The translations under genes and the position numbers were made by a program. From contig NW_003314291.1 in the NCBI RefSeq assembly GCF_000143415.4, forward strand, positions 1,841,290 to 1,905,289: a DNA stretch of 64,000 nucleotides. The letters run 5' to 3'. A model generated the notes under the pieces. It did no database searches. It was not told where the DNA came from and worked only from the letters and a program-made list of their open reading frames with translations. Source of the stretch: Selaginella moellendorffii (lineage: Eukaryota > Plantae > Lycopodiophyta). Below are positions 47,340 through 61,612 of this stretch, one piece after another. Numbering within the stretch: position 1 is the stretch's first letter; each line of letters starts with the position of its first letter.

Positions 47340-49350
47340 CGATCGAGGGATAAATTTGTGAGCGAATAATCTACAGACAGAGCAAGAACGTAAACTGCTG
47401 AGAAAATTAGGGTAAGTGGAACAAGCCATGGTACAGCAATGGCGCAGGCAGAGAAAACTTGACGTCCCAGAAAAAGAATGTCCCTCATCATGGAGCTCCG
47501 CAGAACGGGTAAACAATTTAATGCGCACGATTTAGGAGACACGTGGTTTACAGTGTTTGTAGAGAGCTGAGGAAGCTTTTTGCATCTTAGAATCGGCAAT
47601 CCACATGGTAGAATGCGATCCACGAACATTTGGGCCTCGTTCTCTCCAGGTACGTCTGATAAAAGCTATATAAGTTCTGCACCCAGTCGGTTTTCCCTGA
47701 AAGGTATTACGGGACAAATTACTCAGCGCATTCAGCAATGTGCGTCGATTTCATTCGCAGGTTTGTTTTCATGCCGTCGGAATAGCTTGGCTAACAATTG
47801 GCTGGTCATTGTTTGGAACGTGTTATCTTACCTTAAGCAGTTATGTGAGTTGAAGCGAGCAAGTGAAAAAGGTCAGGTAAGTTAAGCTATACACAATATT
47901 TTCTTCTAAACATTAAGCTGTTTTTATTTCTGTAGGAAAAAGCTGGAACAGAGAGGAAAGATGCTGATAGTTATCAGGAGGTAATTTAATTATTCTGAAG
48001 TTTCTTGATGTAGTTGTTATGATGATGTTTTAGCTCTCAGAGAGCGAAAGACGGGAAGCAGAAACCGCAAGATCTTACATAGATCTAACTAGGTTATCAT
48101 GCAATGGTTATTGTGTCAATCTCATCTTTTGAAGAGCAGAGACGAAAATCTGAAGTTGAAAGAAGATCTTCAAGCTCTGGCAATAGACAACACGGCTAAA
48201 GCTCTGGCTCTTGCCACAGCACAAGAAAGTTGTACTTGCGCTTTAGAACAAGTGAAAAAGCACAAGGAGGTAAGCTATATTAGAATAGTATGAGTATTTG
48301 ATATTACATTACAGGTGATTGCCCGAACGACGGCTGACAATATGCTATTTCTCATGAAGGTTGTTGTTTTTAATGTTGCATATGACAGACGTCATTCCTA
48401 TTTATACAGCTCAAGCAATCTGAGGAAGATTTGCGAAGCACAAAAGCAAAACATGAAGACCTTCAGAAGCAGGTGTATTCTCTATGTTGCTTTTGTTTAC
48501 CATTCCACTCGCAGTTTGATTTTTACAGGAGCACATGGTTAGAGGAAGCTTCTGCTGAGATTGAAGATGCTGTTAGGAACAGTTTGGACAAGGTTTAACT
48601 CAACTTATTTCCATGCATGCTAAGTGGCTCCAATGTGGACGTGTAGGCACAGGCCTGTGAAATTGAGCTCCAAAAATTGCACAGGCAGCAAGAGATTCGA
48701 ATGCAAGAATGTGAGAACAAACTACAGGATTTGACAAACACTGTGAGCACTATCAGTGCTGCAAAACAACACCTCGAGGACAGGTTCAGCTGTTAAAGTG
48801 GATGTCTTCTGAAAGATTTCCTTTGCACACAGGGTCAAATTTTTTGAAGAGGAGAAAAGAATCTTTTCTAAGACATTAGAACAAGAATCATCTGAGAAAC
48901 ACCATATTCGAATCCAAAATCAAAGTCTTACAAGCACCATTGACAGGTGCAACCAAGAGGTAAACAACAGGCTTTAAGCAGTTCAAAAGTCATCTGAATT
49001 CTCTCAGCTCGCGGTAATGACAGAAAAACATCAAAATCTTTTAGAAGAACTGAAGGTTGGTTTTAGTCTCCTCATATAATAATTTCATCAAATCAACAGG
49101 TGGCTACAGCAGACTTGGAGGGAAGAAAGAACAAGGAAAACGAGTTGTTCCAAGATTTGGAGTCAATTACTGATCAGCTTGAAACTCAACGAGTAATGAA
49201 CTTGTCCCTCATGAAGAAGAAGGAGGAGGTAGAACTGTTCCTTATGTTACATCTTCTTAAAATGAACTTTAGGTAGAGTGGATGTGCTTGGAAGCTCAAG
49301 CTGAAAGAGAAAAGTTCAAGAATCAATTAAGAGGATTAGTAAAAAAGTAA
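47340..49350 (+). pseudogene. Multi-exon coiled-coil protein gene, probably frameshifted; 5' end uncertain
   Basis: At least 12 short exons with ~50-60-nt GT-AG introns (e.g. 47841-47876, 47936-47980) encode E/K/Q/L heptads ending ..NLSLMKKKEE/VEWMCLEAQA..VKK*. The exon at ~48529-48592 is 64 nt between phase-0 introns. Confidence 0.6.
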
Positions 49351-49699
49351 GCTCATTGCGAGCTCTTACTCAGCAGCGACCAATCATATTCTAATTGAAG
49401 AAACGAAGGTTAAGTTTCACCTTGGCAAAACAATACAAAGAAACTCAAACTCGCAACCATGCTCCACATGATACCATCGTGGAGAATCAGAAGTTGTAAG
49501 AATCTCATGAGAACTGAGTTTTGTCAACCACATGTTTTATCACCCTTTTACTAAACCAGCCATAGTCTATGCTCTCTCGCCTTTTGATGGGTGGCTTGGA
49601 CTCTAACTCAAATCATCCTGGTGGCTATCATTTTGTGGTCCTGGTCCAAGGATTCAGCTGTCCCAACACTCCCCCCACCCCCCCAGCCCTTTATGCCCA

Positions 49700-50060
49700 A
49701 GCTAGCATTTTCCTCAGGATAAAATTTTGATTTGTCTAGTCGCTTGGTGAGAATGTCTGCTAATATGCCTTACATCGAAGGCGCAGTTATCTCCTTGCAA
49801 TGTGATCCCGGATCATGTTCCTAAATGTGCCTAGTAGTCCCATGGGGAACTGGATTGTGAGCTAGCTGGACATAAGGTGTCCGAGTTGGCACTTGCTGTG
49901 TCTCTCCTTGGTCCTCAAGAGGCCTCCTAGGCCAAAGAGCTTTTGTAGTAGCAGCCACGGCCATATATTCTGTTTCACAAGTTAAAGTAGCCAACATTGG
50001 TTGTTTCTTGCTGCTCCAATTCATGACTCCTCTAAGCAATTTACAACACCAGTTCAAGAT
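49700..50060 (-). mobile_element. Ty1/copia RNase H remnant
   Basis: NWSSKKQPMLATLTCETEYMA..KALW..HNPVPHGTTRHI. Confidence 0.8.
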
Positions 50061-50219
50061 TTCCTGTCCTCCTTGTCACCCAAGTAATCAGCATAAGAAA
50101 CCCAGTTATTTATTCCTAGAGTGGTTTATTATCTTGTATCAAGGTTCTTTATTTCCCAAGGTTACTCCAGATGCCTTCCAGATTGGAATATCCATGTGAA
50201 ACACTCTAAAAATGGTTTG

Positions 50220-50690
50220 AGTATTGTTGTTGTTTCAGTTGATGACTAGTAATTAAAAGAAATTAAAGTAGCATTAGATAAGGAATTCAACATGACCGAT
50301 CTTGGCAACTTGAACTTTGTCTTGGTATGTATGTCTCAGTTACACGTGATAGGCTCAAGCAAAAAAATTTCCTCTATCAACACAAGTTCATCTTAACACT
50401 TACTCCTGTACACTCCAACAGCAACACCAGCATCAATGGCACTACATCAGCAACTAGGCTGTCACATGATGTCCAGTGCCAGGAGAGAGGAGAAATGATT
50501 GACGAGCCATTTCACAGTCTAGTTGGGATTATCCACCATTGGCAGGCATGATATAGCAGCTAGCATGATATCCATGAGCCACTTTATGCAAACCCTGGCT
50601 TGGGGCACTGACATGCAGCTTTAAGGATCCTGAGCTACTTAGTAGAAACATCAACATGGGGGTTTTCTGATGCTGATTATTACTAAGATT
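50220..50690 (+). mobile_element. Ty1/copia RT remnant
   Basis: KEFNMTDLGNLNF and FHSLVG..DIAA..MSHFMQ, frameshifted. Confidence 0.7.
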
Positions 50691-51059
50691 CTTGGAGATA
50701 AATATACTGCCTTTAACCCTCATATATACTTGAGCAAAGTGGTTACCATGCTACAGGCTATGAACTAGCACTAGCATCAATTGTGGCAATGGAGGCCTCC
50801 AGAGAGAGTCTTGGACGTGGAGCTAGATGCTGCTAGGAGATGACTACTACAGCCCCTCCTCTCAGGGGAGTAGGTTTTTGGTATGTTGGTGGGTGCAGTG
50901 CCCTAGTTTTTGTACTAGTCCCTAAGGGACATTGGGAATGTACATATATGTTATATTAAAATATGAAATATACCATTTATAATTTGCTTGTGCACTGGTT
51001 TTGGACAATTCTCAAGTGGTACTTGGTTAACTGTTATAATCCAGTGCAAAAAAACAAAG

Positions 51060-51730
51060 ATCTAGTCTTCCTAGACTACACTACACCTCCTCTTGAGGTT
51101 CCTCACCACCCAACCACCCCCGAGCTACCTCAAAAGCTCCATTATGCTGCCACTCCACTATGAGCTCTAGGGTAGGATAAATCCCTTACATGCCTTAATA
51201 TACCCTTAAGCCTCCCTTTGACCAATGTTGACCATGTGGTCAAAGTTGGCACCTAACAATTCTTTGCCCCCCAACAAAGTCCTTGTCCTAAGGATGAGTT
51301 GTACTAGTGATTACCCTTTTTGGGGAACCTGCTCAAGTTCTTGGTCCATCTTTCATAGTCATATACATCAAAAAGGCATTGAGCCTATCACTCCGAGATA
51401 GTACACCTTTCAACTGGCTGACATGAAATACTAGATGAATTTTCACCATAGCTGGTAGCCACATCTGATAAGCCGCTTTACCAGTGGGCTCCAGCACTTC
51501 ATATGGACTAGCATATCAATGGGAAAGTTTGTCACTCCTCCCTATCTACAAAGGCACTAAGGTGTTCTGCCACTCACTTGACAGAAAGATCACTCATATG
51601 AAGATGAGATCACCCACTTTATATTCCTGGAATTAGCGATGCTTATTAGCAAACTTCTTCATTTTATCTTGAATTGCCTGCAAATTTCATTTGCACACCA
51701 CCAAAATCTCATCAAGTTCTATGGCCAAGT
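51060..51730 (-). mobile_element. Gypsy family D remnant (LTR start at 51258, PPT, integrase C-terminus), interrupted by family A
   Basis: Reverse complement of ~41520-42130. Confidence 0.7.
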
Positions 51731-53087
51731 TGTAAGCGACTAAATTTTCCATTCTACTTTAGTCACTTAACTATACCTCTGACCACTTGGAAGAGTTTCA
51801 TTCACAACCTCCATAAGTCCTATTCCAGACTTGGGACTTGCTAGCCTTGAGAATGGCATCCATGCCACTCAACCTTTGCACTTGGTCCAAGTGCTCTATG
51901 TGTCCAATCCCATGACTAACACCTAAAGGTACCACCGACATATCAACCCATTACATTAAGGCCATACCCATTCACCTTTGCTACACTAGTGGTCCAACAC
52001 CACCTACATCACAGTCTTGTCTCTTAAAGACTGGGCCATCTATCCATGAGTGATCATCCTATATCCACTCCTTAGCATCCTTAGGCTGCTCGCAGACATG
52101 GGGAATAGCCTTCCCCAATATCCCTTTTACAGTCCCCACTAAGTCCTTTTTCTGTCTATGGCCATGTTTGCCAACACTGTCACTAGATCAAGGCGCACAA
52201 GCCCGACCACTGAGTCCCACTGTCCTCTGGGACTTCCTCACTATATTATCGTATCCATGGTCACTACACTAGAGGATTGCTCTTCTTCCTTTCCACAGCT
52301 TGGGACTTTAGGACAACATTTTGGAACACTATGGCCCTACGCGAGCCTCATAAGTACTCTCCCCACCTTCCACCTTTGGGTGCTCTAGCCATGGGGCTAG
52401 AGCGAGGTTTCATTGAGCCACGCCAGGTATCCAAGTAGGTAGTGCCACCCATGCTTGGACTGGGAGCATTCACCATTCAATCTCATCAGGGAACTAGAGC
52501 TAGCTTTTGAACACTTCACCAAGCTACCCCACTTGTCAATCCATATTCACTCTAGACTTGGACTCCTTAGTGGATATATCATCACCCATGGGCATAACCT
52601 TCCAAGGTCACACTGGCCTTTTTTGGCCAAATTAACTCCACTAGGGTCCAACACCCACACTCTCCCTACTATACTTTTGGAACCCCCTACAACCCCACCC
52701 CCAGGGGAAGATCGCTTTGGGCTTTCACCCAACAGTCTATATTAGTGTATTAGTATTCAAGCTCACACTCGCACTCGCACTCACACTCGGACTCAGACTT
52801 GGTCTCGGACTCAGACTTGGTCTCGGTCTCGGTCTCGGTCTCGGTCTCAGTCTCGGTCTCGGACTCGGTCTCAATCTTGGACTTAGACTTGGTCTTGGAC
52901 TCGGTCTTGGTCTCGGTCTCGGTCTTCGGTTCCATCTTGGACTCCATCTTGGGTCCATCTCAGGTCCATCTTGGACTCCATCTCGGACTCCATCTCAGAC
53001 TCTATCTCAGGTCCATCTCGAACTCCATCTCGGGTCCATCTCATATCCATCTTGGACTCCATCTCGGACTCCATCTCAGACTCTATC

Positions 53088-56000
53088 TGTAGCGCACGTG
53101 GTTTTGACCCTTTATCCTATGGTGATTTACCATAGGATAACACCACGAAGCGGAACCTAAACCCTCTTTGTGCCACGTGACAGATGCCACGTGTCACATG
53201 CCACGTGTCCATGCCACGTGTCCACAGGAACCCAAGGTTCAGGGCCTTGGGCCACTGAACGAAGGAACGGTGCCAAACTCCCAAGCATGGAGCCCAGGAG
53301 TGACGGAACCGAACCACGAAGCAACTCCCGAGCATAAAGCCCAAGGAGCGAAGGGACAGGAGCCCGGAGCGACTTGGAACAGTCCTGGAGCAACCAGCAT
53401 CCCAATGCCAGGACCAGCACACAAAACGGAGCCAAACGGAGTCTGGCGCTATTTCGGTATACCGGTGGCCTAACGTGAGGATATGGGTACTCCACCAACT
53501 AGCATGGAATGGAACTTGGGCTTAGACCCAAGCCGGACGCAGAACAAGGACAGGCACGCAAGCGGGAGCTAGACTATGCCTCAGGTTGGTCAGCCATGCC
53601 CGACCTACCCACTATCCCTACTATACATTTGGAACCCCCCACAGCCCCCCCCCCTTGAGGAACACACGCTTTGGGCTTTCACCCCAAGCCTCCCTTAGTA
53701 TTAGGAGTTAGTCTCTGGGACAAGCTCGAAACTTACTAAATATGGAATGTCCTTAGATTGCGAATTTGTACATGGGACGAACACCATTGTGTTCAGGACG
53801 ATCTCTACATTCCGTAGATATGCCAAATGAGCAAATCTGGACACTTTCCATAAATAGCATTTGGGACCGAAATGAGACTAACACAAAGGGCATGATAGCG
53901 AGGGTGTTTGGCAGACACGGTAAGCTATCATCTTGCGATATTGAGGGACCAAGCTCAATATCACGGGGGTTCCCAACACTAGCAAGTGCAAGTCAACGAA
54001 TGAGTTTCTCTAACCAGGTCAAGTATGCTTGACTAAATAGACACTTAGGAATTCCTTCCTTATGCTCATCTGGTCAAGTGCACACGCGAAGACCAGTTTC
54101 TCAACTAGCTTAGGCGGAGACTGATAACGGGTCCAGCAATACCGACCTCCTGCCATCGTGGCAGTAAGGTAAGAGTGTCCGTAAGGACAGGTCGACAGGT
54201 AACTTTCGATACCCGAAGTCACATGCGCGACACTCTCCCCCCCTTGGGAAGATCGACGTCCTCGTCGATGCACACTCGAGTCTAGAATACCGCCAAGGAA
54301 ACAACTCCAGAAAAAAGTTCACGGTACTCACACTATGTGAGAAATGCACCAACTTAAATGAGGTAGGGGTAACCTCTTTGTCTAACGCGGATGCGCTACC
54401 AGCTCAGACACCTTCCGGCCGTCGCCGACAAGGAAATGACCAACGGAGTCAGCCACCCCTGCTGCTCTGGGAGTCACCCAGCTTACAAAAGTGTGATATG
54501 CCCTGCCCGCAGGAACATAGAGAGAGAAGCCAGAGGCCCCTACCCTCCTAAGCAAAGAAACCAAACCCGTCGGTAAGGTTTAGATAGACTACTGTAAACA
54601 GGCAGTTAGAGTTGTTTACACGGTCACGCCCTTTCAACGGAATAAGGAACATCGACAGAGAGGCGGGTTATGTGACCAGTCGACAGTAGCTACCCCATGA
54701 CTAGAGATTTCAACATGCACACGAAGTGCCGAAGCCAGTCTGCCTATACTGGCCCAAACTCAAAGATCAATATATAGGGACTATTCAAAGTCATAAACAA
54801 TGATATCCTAGAGATTTAAGTATCAGTGAATAAAGCTTAGATGAGAACACAAATGTATTCCAAATAAGTTATCATCCGATAAACTAGTATTATAGTATAG
54901 GAACCACCAAGATCACTATCATTGGAAAACATAGGATTCACCATCCAACAAAATTCAATAGCAAGTAGATCATCAAGGAAACTCAATGATAAAACTTAAC
55001 TACCGAAAATGGCAGATAGCATGCCAAACAACTCACAAAACACAACTGAAAGAACATAAAGTATCATTGACTAACAAGCACAATGCTCGCGAATGTATCA
55101 CCCGAAGGAAATAACATCCAAAGCTATCAAAACTAACTCAAGCAATAATCAACAGAACAAAATGAATGTTGCAAAGCAAACAAATATAGTGTTCATGCCA
55201 ATCATCGCACTAGCCAATCCAGATAGATCCCAGCCAATAACACCAAGGAACTCAAGTTGCCTAAGCAAGTGTCAGCAACATCCTACTGATGTCTCAAACC
55301 CAAGAGACCAATCCAGAGCAAACCACAAAGAATATGTGGTATTGCGAAAAGCCATAAGCTATCAAAGAGAACAACTAACCATCATGAAAGATCATCAATC
55401 ATTCCATCAATAAAGAGATGCATAATCATCGTCTAAGAAGGAATCCACCATCCCGAAGAACGGCAAACCATTCTATACCAACAATAATCAAGCAAAACTT
55501 TTTGACATGAATAATCAATTATCCTAGATGATAGTCAATCATCACCAATGATTGCTACATGCAAATACTAACTTCAACATCGAAGCTAATGAGCCAAAAT
55601 GCCTTCCCCAACAACTTCTAACAAATGGAACGATGAGCATAAAACTCAAAGAACCAAAGCTCGAAGAAGCCTATAGCTAAGTCTTGCCTAATAATGATCA
55701 CGAGTCTTTGCATGAACTAATTTCAATGCTAAAGAAGAAACCATGGTGCAACCCACAATGTCTTCTTCAACACATCCATAAGCCAAACTTCATAATGCCA
55801 AAGCTAATGAAGAGCATTTCTGCATCAATCCAAAAGCTAAGCATAACAAAGCTATGCTTAACAAGTGATCATCAAACGATCCTCCATGAATCCATCTATA
55901 GCAAGACGTAACTCACTTCATAACAAGCTCAAAAAGAATCATTAATGATTGCTATATTCCGAACTCAAATCCAGCAAGGACTCAACATTCTAATATCGAT

Positions 56001-59000
56001 CACTAACTCTTCTTCTCGTAGAGTTAGCATAGTCCATGACTAAATTACTTTTCAAGGAAAAGCTAAAGCTCAACCCTCTACTAAATAATCTCGTCTAGAA
56101 CACAACTAACTCAACTTGCCACTTAGTTCATTTGAACGTCAACACAATTGCTAACTAGCAAATGCATGAATGCCAACAACACAAAGCTAAAGCCAAATCA
56201 TCAACACTTTTTATCAAGACTAATGAAACTCAATATCAATCCTAAGGAAAGACATTTCATTTCACTCAAGTCTCAATATCAACAATATCAATGATAAGGC
56301 ATCACTTCAACGCTATCAACACCAGGACAAAGCTAGAAGAAAGCAAGAGTGAATCACCACTCGGAGCTTTCCAGCAACCAAGCTAACCAAAGTTGAAGAT
56401 ACTATACTTAGTATCCAAGACCAATCCTTCAGCAATACTCAGTTACAGATAACATTTCATCAAAGAGTGAATCACCACATCCAAGACTCAATGAAATCCA
56501 ACACTATAGACCAAACGTAACCAAATGATATCGACAGAGGTAGAGTCGACAAGCCAACATGAAAAACCCATGTATGTCTAACAACACGATCCTCCGCAAC
56601 ACTATTCGGTAAAGCAAGCCCACCACTGCTAAATCATCATCGAGCAAAGCAAGTGTCAACGGTCCTTGATGAAGTCTACAAGTAATCACTAGTCGCAAAG
56701 CAACTAACAATCACTCCTCAACTTGCGTTCACAAGACTCAAACACCAACTCTTGTCATCAAGTTATATACTTATCTAGCATAAACATAATACCTCAAACA
56801 TGAGATAAAAGTTCATGGACAAGCACAAACTAAATGACCACTCGAATCCAACTCAACCGTAATAAACTCACTAAAACATTTAGCCACTAGCTCTGAGCAT
56901 GCCTTGAAGAGGCTAGCTATGCATGATCAACACTCAGTCGAAACTAAAGTGAAGACCATGAGATGAACTCACATCGGTACACAACCTCCTCATAGACAAA
57001 GCTATAGTACGGGTACCAACATCTCAACCTCAAACAACTAAGTTGGACATCACCATCCTTAGTCAAGGTGTAGGGCTGCCAAGACTAAGTCAAGATCAGT
57101 GAGAGCTCACTACTCTCATAGAGTCTTAGCGAAATGCAAGGTGCAACCTGCCACCGAGCATAATGCTACAAAAGAAAGGCATAAGAGTCACCTTTCTTAG
57201 AAAAGTGCAACGGCCACTTTTCTACACCAACTCCAGACTCTATCCAACTCAATTGCTTTAGCCCCAAAAGTTAGCATCCCTTTCGGGTCACATCATACAA
57301 ACTACCTACTAAGATCTAAGCCAACCGAAGTCAACTCCAACCCCTTCACTAGTTTGTACTGGCTTTCGAAAATGGAATGGTTTTCGAGCAAAGTGATCAA
57401 TAGATCAGCCATTGGAAAAGTCTAAGAAAATTTGTGGAAAATTTTCCATCCTAGAGAAAGAATGACTCTCAGTCCAGGAATGCAAACTTTCAGGACTCAA
57501 CCAACTTCCTCCTACCAACAACTTCACATAGATTCACCTCAACACAAATTCTCATGACCCAATAGCATGCTTAAGTATCGAACATCTTTGCCCATTTTCC
57601 TGACATCCAACTCCGACATCCGCAAAGTGCAAAATGAACATCCAAGGCTTGATCACGAAGACCACATCTTCGGATATCCACATTGCACTAACACTCTTCT
57701 TCAATCATCTTCAAGATCCAATGTGAAGCCAAAACACTAACAAGAAAAAATGACATGGAAAAATCAAGGTCCAAGAAAAATTCCTCATCACTTGAAATAA
57801 CAATGCCACTTCCACTAACACAAATGCTAGTGACGTCAATGCCCCAACTCCACATCTTCTCCATCCAACAATCTACTCCAAGTGCTAACGGATCAACCGA
57901 CAAGCTATAGCAAATGAATGCTACAACCCTTTTCCAACACCTTAGTGGGCAAACTTAAGGAAACAAGGTACCTACTTAAGCTTAGCATAATGGACCACTA
58001 TAGAGAATCCAATCAAAGCTACTACAATGCTACTTCGTGTAAGTAGACTAGCTTGTCCATCAACCACTTTGGGGTTGATCATCATTTACCCAAGCAACTT
58101 CGTAAACGCATTACTCTTTATCACATGGATATGATATAAGCATCACAATGACTTGATCATCAATTGAGCAACACCACGAGCAATGCCAATGTCATTACTA
58201 CAAATGTTTATGTGAGTATCAAGTGTCAACTCGATTCGACCAAATGCAACATAAATGCCACACTCCACCAATAGAGGTTTACGACACCCAACACCACTAA
58301 CTTTTGTTCACAACACGGACAAGCTCATGCCACTCTCTTTCCGACCAAACTCAACACTAATCCAACACCAAGCTACTCAAGGAGCAATAGCAAGGTTCCC
58401 CGGAAAAGAATTGAGCATTGCAACCCAAGTCTTCCAATAGCAAGCCTAGACAAAATGGTATAGCGCTTCACCGCTATCCATCCCACAACTCACCATTTGT
58501 AAGATCATCATAATCAACATGCATCAAGATAGGGACTCTTGATTGCATAATGTGAATATGAGCAATGAGTCAACACCTCGTTGCAAATCATCTCTCCAAG
58601 AAGAGAAAATGATTTACGTATTTGATCCTCCGTCCCCGATGACTCTCTTTTCGGTCTCTTCTTTAACCAAACCTCAAGCTTGCTTTCGCACTGCCTTCAG
58701 TCCAATCCAAGAAAAGTTTATGAGAGAGCACGGCAATGATTACTTGAACCAATAGACTAATCCCTACAGTCTTGACTGATCCACTTGTAATCATGCCTAG
58801 GAAGGATCCACTAGTGCCGTGCTAAACAGCTACGGACCAGCCTATCTGCCACTCATAGCAAACTCAGGGAAGGTTTGCTTTTACCCATGGTACATGGAAC
58901 AACTCATGGAACCACCGATAGGCTAACATTAATCCTGCCAACTCAAAGTGTAACCTTAAGTTGCTAATGCGCCTCACTCACGAGCCCAAGCGTAAACTCG

Positions 59001-60363
59001 TGCTAACGGAACAACTCAATCCGTCTTATGAGCCCAAGAGCAAGCTCACATTGTTAAGTACAAAAAGTAACCAAAACCATACCCAAGGAACGAATGTGAA
59101 CCCTTTGCACCAAACGTGTACCCACTCGGATCATCGTTTTCATCTCTGCGTATGCAACGAGACTAGTTGCCCAATCTCATTGTATAGTACTCGCTGAGAC
59201 TCATCTTCTGATACCAAATGTAGCGCACGTGGTTTTGACCCTTTATCCTATGGTGATTTACCATAGGATAACACCACGAAGCGGAACCTAAACCCTCTTT
59301 GTGCCACGTGACAGATGCCACGTGTCACATGCCACGTGTCCATGCCACGTGTCCACAGGAACCCAAGGTTCAGGGCCTTGGGCCACTGAACGAAGGAACG
59401 GTGCCAAACTCCCAAGCATGGAGCCCAGGAGTGACGGAACCGAACCACGAAGCAACTCCCGAGCATAAAGCCCAAGGAGCGAAGGGACAGGAGCCCGGAG
59501 CGACTTGGAACAGTCCTGGAGCAACCAACATCCCAATGCCAGGACCAGCACACAAAACGGAGCCAAACGGAGTCTGGCGCTATTTCGGTATACCGGTGGC
59601 CTAACGTGAGGATATGGGTACTCCACCAACTAGCATGGAATGGAACTTGGGCTTAGACCCAAGCCGGACGCAGAACAAGGACAGGCACGCAAGCGGGAGC
59701 TAGACTATGCCTCAGGTTGGTCAGCCATGCCCGACCTACCCACTATCCCTACTATACATTTGGAACCCCCCACAGCCCCCCCCCCTTGAGGAACACACGC
59801 TTTGGGCTTTCACCCCAAGCCTCCCTTAGTATTAGGAGTTAGTCTCTGGGACAAGCTCGAAACTTACTAAATATGGAATGTCCTTAGATTGCGAATTTGG
59901 ACATGGGACGAACACCATTGTGTTCAGGACGATCTCTACATTCCGTAGATATGCCAAATGAGCAAATCTGGACACTTTCCATAAATAGCATTTGGGACCG
60001 AAATGAGACTAACACAAAGGGCATGATAGCGAGGGTGTTTGGCAGACACGGTAAGCTATCATCTTGCGATATTGAGGGACCAAGCTCAATATCACGGGGG
60101 TTCCCAACACTAGCAAGTGCAAGTCAACGAATGAGTTTCTCTAACCAGGTCAAGTATGCTTGACTAAATAGACACTTAGGAATTCCTTCCTTATGCTCAT
60201 CTGGTCAAGTGCACACGCGAAGACCAGTTTCTCAACTAGCTTAGGCGGAGACTGATAACGGGTCCAGCAATACCGACCTCCTGCCATCGTGGCAGTAAGG
60301 TAAGAGTGTCCGTAAGGACAGGTCGACAGGTAACTTTCGATACCCGAAGTCACATGCGCGACA
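53088..60363 (-). mobile_element. Intact, very young non-autonomous LTR element (family B, LARD-like)
   Basis: 1145-bp LTRs at 53088-54232 and 59219-60363 (two differences noticed by eye), TSD CTATC, PBS TGGTATCAGA (59207-59216), PPT AGGGGGGGAGAG next to 54233. The ~5-kb internal region has no ORF above ~110 aa. Confidence 0.95.
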
Positions 60364-61612
60364 CTATCTCAGGTCCATCTCAAACTCCATCTTGGACTCC
60401 ATCTCGGGTCCATCTTGAACTCCGTCTCGAACTCCATCTTAGACTCCATCTCGGGCCGTCTCGAACTCCATCTCAGACTCTATCTCAAACTCCATCTTGG
60501 ACTCTGTCTCAAACTCCATCTCAAGTCTATCTCGGGTCCATTTTGACACTTCCACGTGTCATATATTGATCCTCTTGTGTCCCTTTTCTAGAGACTCACT
60601 TACTGCTTGCTTTGTGCTCGTTCCTTGAGCACTTTGTTTCCACTCCCACTCTCGACTGTCCAAGTCAAAACTTTTAGTCCAAACGTGTTACTCTCGTTTG
60701 GCTTCTACTTCAGCCACTAGGCACCCTTTTGGCTCCACTTTTGGGGCTCTAGGCTTTGTGTTTCACAAGCCCACCACCCATAGACAAAGTTCAATATCCT
60801 CATCGAACGATAAACCATTTTATAAAGTAACCCTATCATGGATTATTATTTTTCATCCTTGGCACTCAGTTGATATTTGTCAATGGTTTGACATCGAAGG
60901 CTTACTATGCTTTGCCCATCCTCTAAGGAGCATAATCTCTCCAACTTAGAAACTCATTAAACCACTTGCAGTGGTTCTCTCCCTTTATTTGCTTTAGTTC
61001 TTGCTAAACCCATTAAAGACACCTTCTCTATCTCAATCTCACTACTCCTTCCTGAGTAGTCTTAGTTTCTATCAATATAGCCACTGCACTTTAGAACTTT
61101 TATTTTGACTTCTCAAGTCAGTTTCTTGGGTGTCTTTTACACTTGATATTGCACATTTGGTGCAAACTTCACTTCCCCATCCTAGAAAGTTTTTTATGTG
61201 AGGGCACCATCATCCTCTCTTCTATTTCATGCCACACTTGGCACTAAGTTTCATGTATCCATAATTTGTGCTAGGGCTATCTCTAATCTTATCATTTAGC
61301 TACTTTATTGCTCCCTTCTTTGGAGCTTTCACTTTGCCAATTTAAAACATTTAGGAATTCATCTTTGGAAATATATTTCCTTTTCCAAAATCTGTTAGCA
61401 TCAAACACATAAATGTTCCTCGCCTAACTTTTCCATTTGGATTCCTTCCAAAGATTTCCATGGCCCATTCTTGGCCCCTAGTCTTTTGCTCATATCCTTT
61501 GATTATTGCACCAAGCAACATAGGATCACTACCTCCATCCTTGAGATATCCTTTTGATTCTATAGTAAAAGTTCTGTTTTGCCATGTCCAGAGGGAGTTT
61601 ACCCCTAGTAGG

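Noticed and set aside
53117-54032. Duplicated ORFs also seen at 59248-60163
   Set aside because: They are incidental frames within the two near-identical LTRs of element B.
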